From: Eledone cirrhosa | Lineage: Eukaryota | NCBI GenBank assembly: GCA_964016885.1 | Contig: OZ024746.1 | Location: 54,250,001-54,314,000 of the forward strand | Direction of reading: 5' to 3' | Length of the DNA: 64,000 bases | In this document: positions 13,801 through 28,461 of the stretch, in pieces | How positions within the stretch are numbered: the first letter of the stretch is position 1 | Layout of the letters: every line of letters begins with the position of its first letter | The notes under the pieces: generated by a model | Database searches by the model: none | What the model saw: the letters and a program-made list of their open reading frames with translations, nothing else | Told to the model about the DNA's origin: nothing | Made by a program: the position numbers and the translations under genes

Positions 13801-15222
13801 CGGTGTTTATACAATCATTACTGAGCAGATGATATTATTATCCCGCCGAGGTTAACTTTGCCTTTCATCCTTACGGGGTCGATAAATTAAAGTATCAGTA
13901 ATACCATGGAATAATTGGTGGCCTTGTGCCAAAAGTAGAAACAATTATTATAACGATAATAATAACAAAATTACAATGACAATGATGATGGTGATGGTGA
14001 TAATGATTCAAACCACAGAATGCAGAAATATGTACAACACAGAAAATATAGCTGTACTACCTAATAGCACGTGTATTACCTAATAGCCAAGGGTTACAGA
14101 ACTGTGGAAAAAAAAGCTGTAGATACACGTCCACTCATAGCAGCAACAGGCAGAAAACGAGGCAGCTTCATATTCTGAGAGAAGCAGTTTCTATCTACGC
14201 GCAACAGAATCAAAGTTTCTTGTATCTAAACTATAATAAAGTAAGCAGTGCGGGACTGCATCCAGAATATATTTTTTTTAGCCCGTTTGTAAAATAAGTT
14301 GGATTACTTTGAATAAATAATGAATGAATATTACATAGTTTATCTACTAATTTTTGTGGCTGGTCATTAAATATATTGTATTACTTATTTAAAGATTCAC
14401 TTCTTTAAAATGTTCAAATGTCAACACTTCCGGTTAGCGATCGCTTAAATAAACATTCATATATTTATGTCCCTAATTTTCTCCTAATGCAGTTTATATA
14501 TAATATCGTCTTTTTTTAATGTACCATGGATTACGTTACTGATTACATAAGACAGTGTAACGCAGTCTTCGTTCAATTTCTGTGTATATTGTCAATATGA
14601 TTTTATTTGATGTATCATATCTACATGAATATATACTTGTGTATAATATAAATATGCACATTACACATGCTAGCAGAAAACCACCCGAAATGGTGGTTTT
14701 TCTGCTAGTAATTATAATTATAATTGAGTTCAAATCCCATAAATATTAGATTTCTCTTTTACGCTTACGGGACCGTTAAAATACAGTATCCGTAATGCAC
14801 CTTCGTCCTTTTAAATTGCTGGCCTTGTATCAAAAGTTTATACAGTTCTTATTATACGATGTAGGGTAAGAAGAATAGCACAGTACAAAACCCCTTCAAA
14901 ATAACAAACAAAGAACTTAACTAAAACAATAACACCAACACGCACAAAACAAGAGCAGCAACATAAACATTAACTAGAACAATAGTGGTAAATGGAAGTA
15001 ATATAATGGAAGTACATTTAACCTAAAATTATATATAAGACATATGTGACATATAAATGAGAATTACACACTTTTCATCTGACACACGAATGCGGTGTGT
15101 ATATAATAAACACACGCACTTATATATAATGCCAATTATACATACATACATGTATGTATGTATGTATGTATGTATGTATGTATGTATATGTGTGTATGTA
15201 TGGTTGTATGTATGTGTGTATG

Positions 15223-15298
<76 letters not shown>

Positions 15299-15510
15299 TA
15301 AATATAAATGAAAGGTATAGAAATTGTTTTAGCGAGAAGCTAACATATATATATATATATATACATCAGAATGGATGCAGTAAAAACGTGTTAGGGTACT
15401 GCTTACTAGAGTACCTGACACTTACAGAAGTCGAGTGTAGAAATATGATGGCTGAGCTCCTGCCGCTTCAACAGAAAATTCCAGAAAATTCCATTTTGAA
15501 ACGGCAGGAA

Positions 15511-15857
<347 letters not shown>

Positions 15858-16169
15858 CATATATATACATATATATATATTTATACATACATATATATGT
15901 TAGATTATGCCTATCACCCATATTGGTGAGTGTGCATAGTGCTGCAATTAACATCACAATGCATCTCATCCAACGCTGCTAATCTACTGAACTGGCAGGT
16001 TACGTGATTTTATCGAATGAGTCAGAAGCGAAGTTGAAATTGGTGTTGGGATTTTACAGAAGATTGCAGGGAACCGGAAGAATTTCTGCAAATCATTTTG
16101 TGCTATGCACTACCTACACAACCACTTCACCGCGTATAAATCTATTGAATGGAATTTAGAGTTTTTAAA

Positions 16170-17130
16170 TATATATCGCAGCTTTCCATGCGTTTTCTGT
16201 ACGTTAGATATTTTGTCTGTATCAAGGATTAAAGTGATTTCTCAGAAATTAGAATATATATATGCAAATATCGACTGTAAAGGTTTCACTGGATATTCCA
16301 AGGATCTTCCAAGTAAATTTTACAAGGATCTGAATCAATCTCCGTTAAGACGATTGAAGAACCTCGGTTTGCTCACTATATCCTGACTATAAATCCCTAA
16401 TTTTATGTGGGAAATATTATTTGGAATGTCTAAAATATAACTCTACCAGCTTACAATCTCTATTCTGCAGTAGCTATTTATGGTGACACCGAAATAATAT
16501 ATATATGTACCTGTTGACTTTAAAGTTTTGACTAGATTTTTTAAGTATCCCAATTAAGATTTTTTGAATCATTCTCCGTTAAGGCCGTTAAATAACTTCG
16601 GTTTGCTCACTATATACTAACTATAAATCCCTAATTTTATGTGGGAAATATTATTTGGTATGTATAATATATTATATAACCCTACCAGCTTACAATCTAT
16701 ATTCTACCATATCTATTCATAGTGACACCGAAACTTTCGTCAGAAATCAGGTGACTTCAAAATAAGTTTTTACAGAAAAGCAACGATTTCTGAATCTTCC
16801 GTATATATCGAGATCTCTATCATAGATGGAAGCGAAAGAACTAACCATCACCTGGCAAATCTTGCGATGCAAATGTTTTGTGATGGAGGGATACAACTCT
16901 ACTATATCAAACTGAATGAAATTGCAATCATGTTTATGCACTCTGATATTAAAACATGTGATTACGGATGTTCTATTATCTCATAAAGGAAAACGGGCAG
17001 ATTGTATAATTTTTAATTTAAGTGAACCCAAAATAAAATATGCCGATTTTACGTAAATTCACGCTATCTACGATTAATGAGCTTGCACATGGGATTAGAT
17101 AAAGTTATCCATGTAGACATGCTTAAAAGT
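16170..17130 (-). mobile_element. Degraded Penelope-like RT fragment with internal tandem duplication
   Basis: FIQFDIVELYPSI (PLE RT motif A), upstream NPMCKLIN, downstream FGVT(M/I) motif-B remnant; 16330-16495 is duplicated at 16565-16735. Confidence 0.65.
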
Positions 17131-17429
17131 TATATAGTGTTGGCGGTGAGCCATGCATTTTAACTGCGCGCACAACTACACACAAAAACTACACTCTTGA
17201 ACACACACACGCACACACACATACTCACTCATATATATATACACGTATACATATAATATATGGATGTATATATATATATATATATATACATACATACATA
17301 CATACGTATATATATATATATATATATACATACATACTGTATATGTATGTATTTATTATAAGGACAGATTTGCTCTACGGGCTTATATATATATATAATC
17401 CTTATCGAGCCGTCTTCCGATTATAATCT

Positions 17430-18775
17430 TCAAATTGACACAGCCTTCGCTGACCCATTCACTAGTAACACCAGTATACTCCTGCTGCTCCTGTGCAGCT
17501 ACGACAATCTTTGTAGCGTCATCACATGGATACTCCACCAATTCATCCATAACTTGACGCTGTACAGACGGGAGGCATACACCCGGAAGGCGATCAACAT
17601 CGTCATCATCTCTCACCGCTGGAGTTCATTTGTGACTCACTGCCGGCTCTACAGATGAGCTCGACACTGATGATAAAGTTGCGGGTGGTCAATGCTACCA
17701 GGTACCAGACCCACCTTGACGAATCCTGTCCCCGCGATCTCAGCATCGTTTCTACATTTGCGTACTCTATCGTTAATCACTTCAGCGCTCTGACCGAGGA
17801 CGAGACTAACAATTCGGACATCTTTAAATCAAGCATCAACCAGTCTAGTAAACTCAAGATCTCTTCCTAAACGGTCATATATTTCACTGCAGTCGCTGGA
17901 GATAATCAAATGTTGCTGCAAGACTCGCCTCAACTTCATACGCAACAAGTCCATCACAGATGACCGGGAGAAGCTTTGGGCGGAAGAATCCGATTGCCCA
18001 TAGCTAGCAGCAAGGAATAATAACCTTGGCCAGGTGTTCAACACATTCCGCAGAGATCATTTCCGGTCCTCCCATCAAGTCAGTTCTGGTGAAGGATTCC
18101 AATACCAAAGCCACCGTAAAAACCACCTGCCTCAAATTTTGGAAGGAGCAGTTCAGCCTACTTCTTCATCACCCACCCATCCCAATTGATTGCTGCCTAA
18201 TCATCACTGCAAACAGAGCTGCAGTTAACAACACCTGCAAACTCGATCCTGTCACCCCCAATGAAGTTAGAGCCGCTCTGAATTAGTTCAACAGCAAACA
18301 AATACCCTGGAATTCGCACTATTTTTCGGCTGCAGCAAATACAGGGGCATAATCGTTCTCTCCATTCCAAGCAAGCCCTTTACCATTATCTACCCCACCC
18401 GTACTCTTCCTGCCATTAGCAAGAGACCTCGCCCAACACAAGCCGGATTCAGGTTAAATCGATCTACCGCCGACCACATATTCGTCTCATTATTGAAAAA
18501 TCTTGGAAGTTCCACCAGAACATCCTACCAACACCTTATTATCGTTCGACTCAACCACCACAGATTGGAAGAGGCCCCGCAGCAGCTGGGTGGATTTGAT
18601 TTAGAAAGATCTCCTGATGCTCGACGTCATCTAGGAAGATGCAGCGGGTCTAGCACGGGAGCGCCAACAATGGAGGGCTATGATGGACCTGGTCTGCTCT
18701 ACCCACAATGATACCTCTGGGATCACTGACCTAGGATGATCCAAGTCCCATTGAGCAAGAACAACGAAGAAAGAA

Positions 18776-18776
<1 letters not shown>
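17430..18776 (+). mobile_element. Degraded RTE-like LINE
   Basis: FWKEQFSLLLH, VTPNEVRAALN, CSKYRGIIVLSIPSK, QAGFRLNRSTADHIF remnants typical of APE-type non-LTR RT; clade assignment tentative. Confidence 0.7.
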
Positions 18777-18822
<46 letters not shown>

Positions 18823-19075
18823 CAGGACGGAATCAGTTTGAAACTGGTTAGACATTTACTCAACAGAGTACTCGATATTTGGGACAGCATAGTATAGATA
18901 ATTCCTGAGTTCTTCCACCCATTGATGGGTCTTGTTTTTCATCCCGCAATGTGCCCACAATCACCCTCCTAACAAAGAAAGTCGGTGGGGTCGGCATTTA
19001 GCCGTCGACGGCCTGACCATGCACATGTTGTACTGGGTTACATGTTACCAGTAGCGCTGACGTCCGACCTGACGT

Positions 19076-19129
<54 letters not shown>

Positions 19130-19469
19130 TACACACACATATATATATATATACAGATATACATACACACGCATACTTGTCTGTGTTCTTCTCAACTGAT
19201 GTATATATATAACAGTGCAATTGAATTTTCATTGTATTTGACCCTACTTCACCACAGTTATGCTTTCAAAATACTCTACACCGCAACTTACATAATGAGA
19301 AACAAAACAACAATTCCGTGGTACAGTCGGCCTAAATGTCTACTGAACCTGCAATGGAATTCTTTAAAAGAAGGGGAATATAAAGACAAATTGATGAATA
19401 ATGCCATATGTTGTTTTATAGGTAACAATTAGTTATAGGTCAACTTATATATTTTAATCATATATACAT

Positions 19470-19535
<66 letters not shown>

Positions 19536-19628
19536 ATATAATCTTATATGTATAAACATATGTATATATATTTGTACATATATGTGTGTATATTTATACA
19601 TATATGTGTTTATATAAGCATACATATA

Positions 19629-19682
<54 letters not shown>

Positions 19683-20716
19683 TGGGTGGGTGTCTTTGTC
19701 TACATACGCACGCATGTATGTATGAATGTATCTATGTATGTGTGTATGTGTATATGTACACTTTATCAACCCTCAAAAAAACCCCCCCAAAACAACAACA
19801 AACAAACAAAACAAACAAAGCAAAAGAATAGAAAACAAGTGTAAAGCCGTAAATACATGTTGTTTTTCTGTTTGTAATTAATATAACACTGTTTTCCTTT
19901 CGGCATGCGTCGACCAGTCTTTCGAAACGTGGGCGCATGTTACTTAACATTTAAAGCCAGGGCTGTGTTGTTAAGAAATTTCTTAGTGTTTGGCATATAA
20001 CTTATCAAAATATTCTTCCATAAGATCATGATGTAAAGTTTTTACATATCTGCAAAGACTTTCGATTGAACATGTTAATATCATAGAAGCAAGGCTGGTT
20101 TTACGCGGTTTTATATCAAGATATGTAAGCAGTTGAGTGTATGTTAAGATTAGTACATTATCAAAACTCTTTGGTACGTGCTTCTTGGAATAAATAGATT
20201 AATGCAACTAAGGGATTTTATAAGGAAAACCTGACAGCTGCATTTGTGTAAATAACTACTCTGCACCTATATGTATAATGCTGGGTGTAAGTTCGAATCT
20301 TGAGAGTTTCTCTCGCTTGTATTCAGGTTTAGTATGAATATAAATGCAACCGTAATGGACAAATGTACAGATTCAAATAGTATTTAACAGGTCTAATATA
20401 ACATTTTGAAACAGTGAAAGCCGTGAGTGCTCCACATAGATAATATTTCCTAGACGTATATGCATGGAAGCTATGCGTTTTAACAACAATTCCACTAAAT
20501 GGAGTTTATATATGTATTATATTTACAAACAAAAGGTACTGTCGGACAATCTATCTGTCTATCTATCAGCGATTCTTTGCTTAAACTTTAATCTGTTATA
20601 TTAATAAATATTTGCTCTTCGGTTCTTATATATTTGATATATATTTTCCTTATCGAGCCCTCTTTGGATTTTAGTCTTCAATTTTATTATTATTACTATT
20701 TATATATATATATATA

Positions 20717-20885
20717 TTTCAATTTATTATAAATTTCCGGTTGGTCGGTTGGTTAGATAACCGGATAGGTGTTTATATATTGTCAAAACACTTTCGTCAC
20801 ACATTCTGTGCTTCCTCAGTGACGAAAGAGCTTTGACAATATATAAACAACCATTCGGTTATCAAACCAACCATCCAACCGAAAA
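20717..20885. repeat. Imperfect inverted repeat enclosing a hammerhead; family also at 34437-34566
   Basis: ..GGTTGG..TTGTCAAAACACTTTCGTCAC / GTGACGAAAGAGCTTTGACAA..CCAACC; left arm starts at a TA run. Confidence 0.7.
20782..20823 (-). ncRNA. Minimal type I hammerhead ribozyme
   Basis: GTCA CTGAGGA AGCACAGAATGTGTGAC GAAA GTGT TT TGAC; stem I GTCA/TGAC. Confidence 0.65.
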
Positions 20886-21036
20886 TATATAGTAAGTCGA
20901 AGTGAAATCAGCAGGTGCGTGTGTTTTTATTGGCAGCATGATCCTCCCAAAGTATAACAATATCTGTTTCAACAGACGTTTTCAGATAAGAAATCTTGCA
21001 AAACAAATTCCTAAACGATATATACATAGAGAGAGA

Positions 21037-21285
21037 AACGAAGGAAGTGTGGTAAGGAACCAAGTGGTCCATAACGCACCAGAGTACTATTACCTCGCTA
21101 AAAACCTAATTTAGTCCAGAAATAACCATCGAAACGGCTTGAGCTGTGCCGTCGGGTTCCTGAACATTTTCCTATATATATATATATAAACGAAGGTTTT
21201 GTGATAAGGAACCAGGTGGACCATAACGCACCAGAGAACTATTACTACGCTAAAAATTTAATTTAGTCCCAAATTAACCGTCGAA

Positions 21286-21286
<1 letters not shown>
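21037..21286 (-). mobile_element. Two adjacent deleted family A copies
   Basis: ACGAAGG..GTAAGGAACC..GGACCATAACGCACCAGAG..TTAGTCC..GTCGAAAC present twice, separated by (TA)n. Confidence 0.7.
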
Positions 21287-21361
<75 letters not shown>

Positions 21362-21367
<6 letters not shown>

Positions 21368-21623
21368 ATTATGTAATAAACAACATAAGGCAATTATTCC
21401 ATTTACCAGTGGTTTCTTAAAAGCAAAAGGTTTTGCTTTCAATCCTCAGAATGAAAAATCCTGGTTTGTTTATTGAATACGGATTCTAAAAACCTTTAGA
21501 ATCCGTATTCAATAAACAAACCAGGATTTTTCATTCTGAGGATTGAAAGCAAAACCTTTTGCTTTTAAGAAACCACTGGTAAATGGAATAATTGCCTTAT
21601 GTTGTTTATTACATAATAATAAT
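21362..21623. repeat. Perfect palindrome, 129-bp arms, 4-nt loop
   Basis: 21362-21490 is the reverse complement of 21495-21623; abuts (TA)n on the left. Confidence 0.9.
21530..21587 (+). ncRNA. Type I hammerhead ribozyme (mirror copy on - strand at 21398-21455)
   Basis: TTCATT CTGAGGA TTGAAAGCAAAA CC TTTTGCTTTTAA GAAA CC ACT GG TA AATGGA; all core nucleotides and three stems present. Confidence 0.85.
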
Positions 21624-21856
21624 AATTAAGCTCTGTTGCATACATAGAGCACTCTTTTTTCCTGGACTTTTCCGATGGAATTACTTCATTCACACATATA
21701 TATATATATATATATATTTGTAAATAAACATTGGAGCGTCGAATGAGTTGAAATATTTAGAAAATTTAGAAAATCTCGAACGCATGTAAAATAGATTATT
21801 TATCTTTTATTCAGACCGTATTTGTCGACAGAGGAGGACATTCTATACATTTCTCT

Positions 21857-21980
<124 letters not shown>

Positions 21981-22013
21981 CTGTATGTGAATTTTCATGT
22001 ATATATAATATAG

Positions 22014-22160
22014 TTGTTTCTACTTTTGGCACAAGGCCAGCAATTATCAGTACATTACTGATACTTTATTTTATCGATCCCGTAAGGATGAAAGGCAAAG
22101 TTAAACTCGACGGGATTTGAACTCAAACCGTAAAGGGACGTAACTATGCTAGCAAGCATG
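22014..22160 (-). mobile_element. Meta-SINE copy (5' truncated)
   Basis: Reverse complement of the 506 family. Confidence 0.75.
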
Positions 22161-22647
22161 GCAGTGTTTCAAAATCATCTCTAGAAACTAGTCACTTCTG
22201 ACTATAACTTACGCCACTTCCTAAATGCGTAATTTCTTTATTTTGCATCTGTTTACGTTGTCCTTACGAACACACTCACGGTCACACACCCATATAGACA
22301 CAGACTCACAGACCCAGACGCAGACACACACATATATATATATATATAAAGAACAATGAGGGCGTAGTAAGATACTAGTTGGACCATGACGCACCAGAGT
22401 ACTCAATACTTAAGGTAGTTAAGTGGGTAAAAATTTGACCATTAATTGCCTTAAAGCGTAAGTAAAGCACTTAGAAAATACCGTATGCCAAACGCTGATC
22501 ATCTCATAATTTCCCTAAATCAACGCCCGTACTGCATCACTATATACCGTAAAACACGGCATACCGGAATGGGGAAAGCAGACATTGTCAGGCTGCAGCT
22601 TTCATATGTAGATTCTGTATAATAAACCACGTGTGTACATAATATAA

Positions 22648-23125
<478 letters not shown>

Positions 23126-23461
23126 ATGTTTATATATGTATGTGTATATATATATATATACATACATACATATAGATGACCCCTTAGCCTTTATCAAGGC
23201 AGAATTCTAAGAGAAGGAAAATTATGATATAACACCTGCAACCCTGATGGTATCCAATGATGTTGACTTGTTCTTCTTTTTGGTAAATATCATCTTGGTT
23301 AAGAGAGTGGGACTGGTTTGTGCAGTGCCTTTGCTCACTATAAAAGCTTCACGGCACAGGCATTGCTTTATATCTGGAGATCTCTCTGCACTTGTCATCA
23401 CATAGTGCCATGGGCTTCAGTTCTGCCGTCGGGGTCCTGAACCTTTTCCTATATATATATA

Positions 23462-23560
23462 CTAGCAGAATAGCCCGGCGTTGCTCGGGATTTGCTCTAG
23501 GGTTCTTATATATTTGATATATATTTATCCTTCTCGAGCCACGTTTGTTTATATTTTGTT
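23462..23560 (-). mobile_element. Non-autonomous Helitron 3' end
   Basis: Minus strand hairpin CCCGAGC-AAC-GCCGGG, 8 nt, then CTAG|T; the adjacent internal motif TCCTT(A/C)TCGAGCC recurs near 17400 and 20650. Confidence 0.6.
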
Positions 23561-23594
23561 ATTGTGTATGCAAAAATATCTGAACACGAATATA

Positions 23595-23668
<74 letters not shown>

Positions 23669-23799
23669 TGCTCAATGGTTCAGATGAACCAGAGCTATAA
23701 CAAACGTCAAACGCCAAACACACTGAGACGATGGTTAAACAATAATTCGCATAGGCAAAAAAAAAAAACGATCAAATAATTCGGGTATTGAAAATTTAC

Positions 23800-24110
23800 G
23801 AGCATTGGGCTTGCAATTGAGAGGTCGTGAGTTCGTTTCTCCGATCGTGTGATGCTTTGTGTTCTTGAGCAAGACACTTTATTTCACGTTGGTCCAGTTT
23901 ACTCAGCTGTAGAAATGAGTTGCGACGTCAGTGGTTCCAAGCTGTATCGGCTATAGCCTTTCCCTTGGAGTTCATCGGTGGCGTGGATAGGGGAGACTGG
24001 TATGCATGGCGAGTACTGTTCTTCCACAAAACAAATCTTGCCCAGGCTTGTGGCCCGGAGGGAAACTTCCTAGCTGCAAAACCATGGTCATTCGTGACCG
24101 AGTGGGGCTT
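23800..24110 (+). mobile_element. Second tRNA-derived SINE family relic
   Basis: B-box GTGAGTTCGTTTC followed by GTGTTCTTGAGCAAGACACTTTATTTCACG..CCAGTTTACTCAGCTG core. Confidence 0.65.
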
Positions 24111-24210
24111 TCAGATACACACATATATATATATAGCGGATATATATACGAATATATATATATATATATGTGTGTGTGAGTGTGTGTGTGTGTGTGAAAA
24201 CTAATTATTT

Positions 24211-24338
<128 letters not shown>

Positions 24339-24670
24339 AGTATATATATATTTATATGTATGTACATATATTTATATGTATGTATATACATATATTTATA
24401 TGTATGTACAGTATATATATATATATATATATTTATAAAGTGTAATGAGTTCTTTTACAATGAAAATAGCTCAAAGAAAGAAATTTGTCTGAGCCGTGTA
24501 AAACATGATTTATTATTTTAAATCGATAGAGGCAGGCTGTAATATTATAATTAGTATATTTCATTCTGGCTAACTAAATTTCTTTTGCAATATAAATGCA
24601 GATATGTTGGTATTTGTGTTTCATCATATATATTAATTTATATTTAAATGTTTTATATATTTATATATAT

Positions 24671-24710
<40 letters not shown>

Positions 24711-25371
24711 CTAGAGAGAGATAGAGAGAGAGAGAGAGAAAGAGAGAGAGAGGGTGAGAGGGAAAGCTTAATAGATATGTAGTTACATAGAAACATTTAA
24801 ATAAATGTAGGTTGGTATGCGTGGATTCCTGATCACTTTGCCGGGTGTATTACATGATTTATCCGGCTACTTTCTATGATAATAAACTGCATTGTGGCGA
24901 CTATATTTTCAATTTTATATGCATATATATGTATACCAATGAATGGCTGGAAGCTTCTTAACAAAAGCAGAAGCAATAGAACGTTCAGTGATACGCTATT
25001 ACTGAGGGGTCAATGCAGAAACTATTAGGCGGTGGCGTTGTTAGCGTTAGAGGAGGGGTGATATCATAATTCTGATGCATTGTCATATGATGTGATAAAT
25101 AGATTTCTCTTATTTGATTTAGCATTTCACAGAAGCCTACTTCTGTCTCCCTCACAACACCCCGTACTCCCTTTCTTTTCTCACTAAATAGCAAATACAG
25201 TTATATAGCAAATAGTCTTTTGAAATGATCCAAAAGCAGGAATCAGGCCTGATCAAAATCTTGGCCACTTGCCAGAACAAACAACAGGATTTGGCCTACA
25301 TTTCTCTAAGAATCCCACCAACAATACACACACAATGACGCACGCACATACACCCACACACACACACACAC

Positions 25372-25491
<120 letters not shown>

Positions 25492-25661
25492 ATTTATACA
25501 TATACACGTTCATATGTACGTTTTAAGTAGGTACGTATTTACATACGTATAAACGCAAACATAGTTAACTTTGCACACTCATTACGAATAAGATTTGATT
25601 GATATACAAAAGCACACACAAACTCCTACACACACACACATATATATATATACACATACAC

Positions 25662-25713
<52 letters not shown>

Positions 25714-26181
25714 ACAACCAATATACAAACATACAAATCGATTGTATATGCGTGTATGTGCATGTATGGAAATGCGTATGCATCTGTATATGTGTGCGTG
25801 CGTGTGCGCATCTGTGTCTGCGTGTGTGTGTGTGTATGTGTGAGTGTGTAGAATTAAGTCCGACCTAAATGGATCCGTGCCAAGGTCATAAAATTAAGGT
25901 CGGGAAGATTGGGTTAAGAATGCTCTCGATAGGGAATATAAAATCTATTGGATTGCAGTCGTTTGTCTGTGTTTCTGTAGTATTGTACTATCGATCGCTC
26001 CAAGTACATGTCTACCAATGTATCTATGTATATATGTGTATTTGTATGTATGTATCTATGCTTGCAGTGTGTGTGTATATATGTACGAATGTATGTGTGT
26101 GTATTATGTATTGATGAATGTATGTATGGATGTATAAGTCTGTATGAGTATATATGTATGTACGTATGTATGCATGCTTGA

Positions 26182-26225
<44 letters not shown>

Positions 26226-26385
26226 TATGTATGTGCGAGTGTCTATATATATATGTATGCATTTTTATTTGTCTTGATATATGTATGTATGGATATATGT
26301 ATGGATGAATGTATGTATGTGTGTATGTGCATCTGCTTTCTGAATGCATGTACTTTCGAAAGTGTGTATCTATATATATTGTTAG

Positions 26386-26505
26386 GGCTTCAGATAGAAT
26401 GTTTTGCGGCGTTTTCCATCTCTGTGATATGAGTTCAACTCTCTCCATGGGGAAAGTTGATAAATACGTCACTAAATCGATAAAAACGTTACTCAATTAC
26501 TTGGG
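26386..26505 (+). CDS. Candidate host exon (VWA-like domain, DxSxT)
   Basis: ttgttAG|..GG|GTaatc; 120 bp, phase 2-2, reads ASDRMFCGVFHLCDMSSTLSMGKVDKYVTKSIKTLLNYL. Confidence 0.45.
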
Positions 26506-26659
26506 GTAATCTATCTTCTGCTCCACCAGCTTTCTGTTCTTTTTCTTGCATATGAAATGTAGAAGAAATACTGTTAACCGATGAGTGGATAACTGTGCGA
26601 ATTGAACCAGCTATCTGTCGCAGAAAAACGAATGAATCGAAACGAAGAGAACGATGACG

Positions 26660-26850
26660 GTGTAAAGGCGCCGCGTCGTGGCGTCTCGCTCGCTATAGGA
26701 GGAAAAAAAAAAGGCGGAATGGTCTACGAGCCGGGAGATGAAGACGGATGCGGCGCGTTTGGCGAATTACGCGCGACGACCATCTCCCGCCGACGACGAC
26801 TACGAAACGGACGAAAATGAAATCGCCTGCCGACTGCCTGCCAATCGTTT
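26660..26850. promoter_or_regulatory. Short CpG-rich island with nested hairpin
   Basis: Dense CG dinucleotides in an otherwise very AT-rich window; CGGGAGATG/CATCTCCCG and GCGCGT/ACGCGC stems. Confidence 0.4.
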
Positions 26851-27098
26851 TCTCTTTCATTTGCTTACTTATTTTACCGATATATACAAATGCATTTACA
26901 TTTTCCTGTCTGTTTTAATAAGCCCACACCCCAGTGAACTATTTCTCACGACAGATGACTGGCCGATTGCAAACAATACAACCACTAACCTCTATATATT
27001 ACCATGTCTCTTCAACAAATTATTTTAACATGACTGTACATATCACCACTCTCATTTCTGCTAACGACATACTATCATAGTCTATTGGTTTTTTCTAG

Positions 27099-27150
27099 GT
27101 ACAATGACCAATACATCAACTTCAACACTATCGTATATGTAGGCACGCAG
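27099..27150 (+). CDS. Candidate host exon
   Basis: Strong acceptor ttttttctAG and donor CAG|GTatgt; phase 2-0; (G)YNDQYINFNTIVYVGTQ in frame with the previous exon. Confidence 0.55.
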
Positions 27151-27672
27151 GTATGTGTTTCTTTAAATTTATATGCAAATTATCAAATACATTTGACCGT
27201 AGATACATCGGTTGTGTATGTGAATACATTTTCCATATAAGCATATTATATTATAGACTAAACTTCAGATTCTCAAGGATCTCTTTGATGTTATGCAGAA
27301 TTTAAACATCGCAGTGCGATATAGGGGATTACTTAATAATTCAGGTTTTGTAGTCGGAGACAGAACTATATTGAAACATCTGTTACAGACTCGAATGTAT
27401 AAATAATCGTTTCGTTGAACTTCAACAAATGTTGCCTATCTTTTTCTAATATCCTGTTTTTATATATATATATACGTATATATATATATATATATATATA
27501 TCAATGATATTAATAAATGGAAACTATATTTATAAAACCATATTTATTCTATTATATATATTTCAAGGGTACCAACACTTTAGTACGCTCTCATCAGATA
27601 AAATACAAAGTTCGTTTTATAAATATTGACATATCCAGGAACGAGATCGTAACGGTTCAAGTTTTCCCTTCG

Positions 27673-27726
<54 letters not shown>

Positions 27727-27732
<6 letters not shown>

Positions 27733-28109
27733 TAAAAGGAAAAGAAAATGCTGACAAATTGTTCCCAGTGAAAAATAGTTTAATTAGGAATAAGTAAAAA
27801 TGAGTAATAAGTATTGGTTAGTATTCAGTTTTGGTTTTAAGTTTTTATCCGTTGCGCATTTCTAATGCTTTTCAAAAATAATTTTGAGATAGAGCGCCCG
27901 TGATGTTTGTTCTAATCAGATTAGAGCAAACATCACGGGCGCTCTATCTCAAAATTATTTTTGAAAAGCATTAGAAATGCGCAACCGGTAAAATCTTAAA
28001 ACCAAAACTGAATACTTACCAATACTTATTACTAATTTTTACTTATTCCTAATTAAACTATTTTTCACTGGGAACAATTTCTCAGCATTTTCTTTTCCTT
28101 TTACCAATA
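27727..28109. repeat. Near-perfect palindrome, ~190-bp arms, 1-nt centre
   Basis: Centred on TCTAATC-A-GATTAGA at 27918; a few substitutions between arms; (TA)n on both sides. Confidence 0.9.
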
Positions 28110-28145
28110 TATCACAACTCGTGTGTTACACCTCTATTCTTTTAA

Positions 28146-28218
<73 letters not shown>

Positions 28219-28234
28219 AATACATACATACGTT

Positions 28235-28440
28235 GCATTACCATCTATGTTTATTTACATGTCTCGCTCGCTTCACCCTATCTTACGTGTCCCAATAACT
28301 TTATTTATTGCTCGCACCAACCAGAGGTATATGATTTTTAAAGCGAATAAATACCAATCAAGGTTGGAAGATCACTGATGAAGGACTAATTTTATTCATA
28401 TGTAACCCATGTGCAACCACGCAGCACGCCATTTTTCATA
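28235..28440 (+). repeat. Dispersed (TA)n-associated repeat, second copy at 30560-30760
   Basis: Shared TTACGTGTCCCAA..TTGCTCGCACCA..GTTGGAAGATCACTGATGAAGGAC..TCATATGTAACCCAT. Confidence 0.7.
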
Positions 28441-28461
28441 TTTTTTGTATATATATATATA

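Noticed and set aside
28370-28430. CTGATGAAGGAC in the repeat shared with ~30698
   Set aside because: No consistent stem II/GAAA/stem I arrangement in both copies
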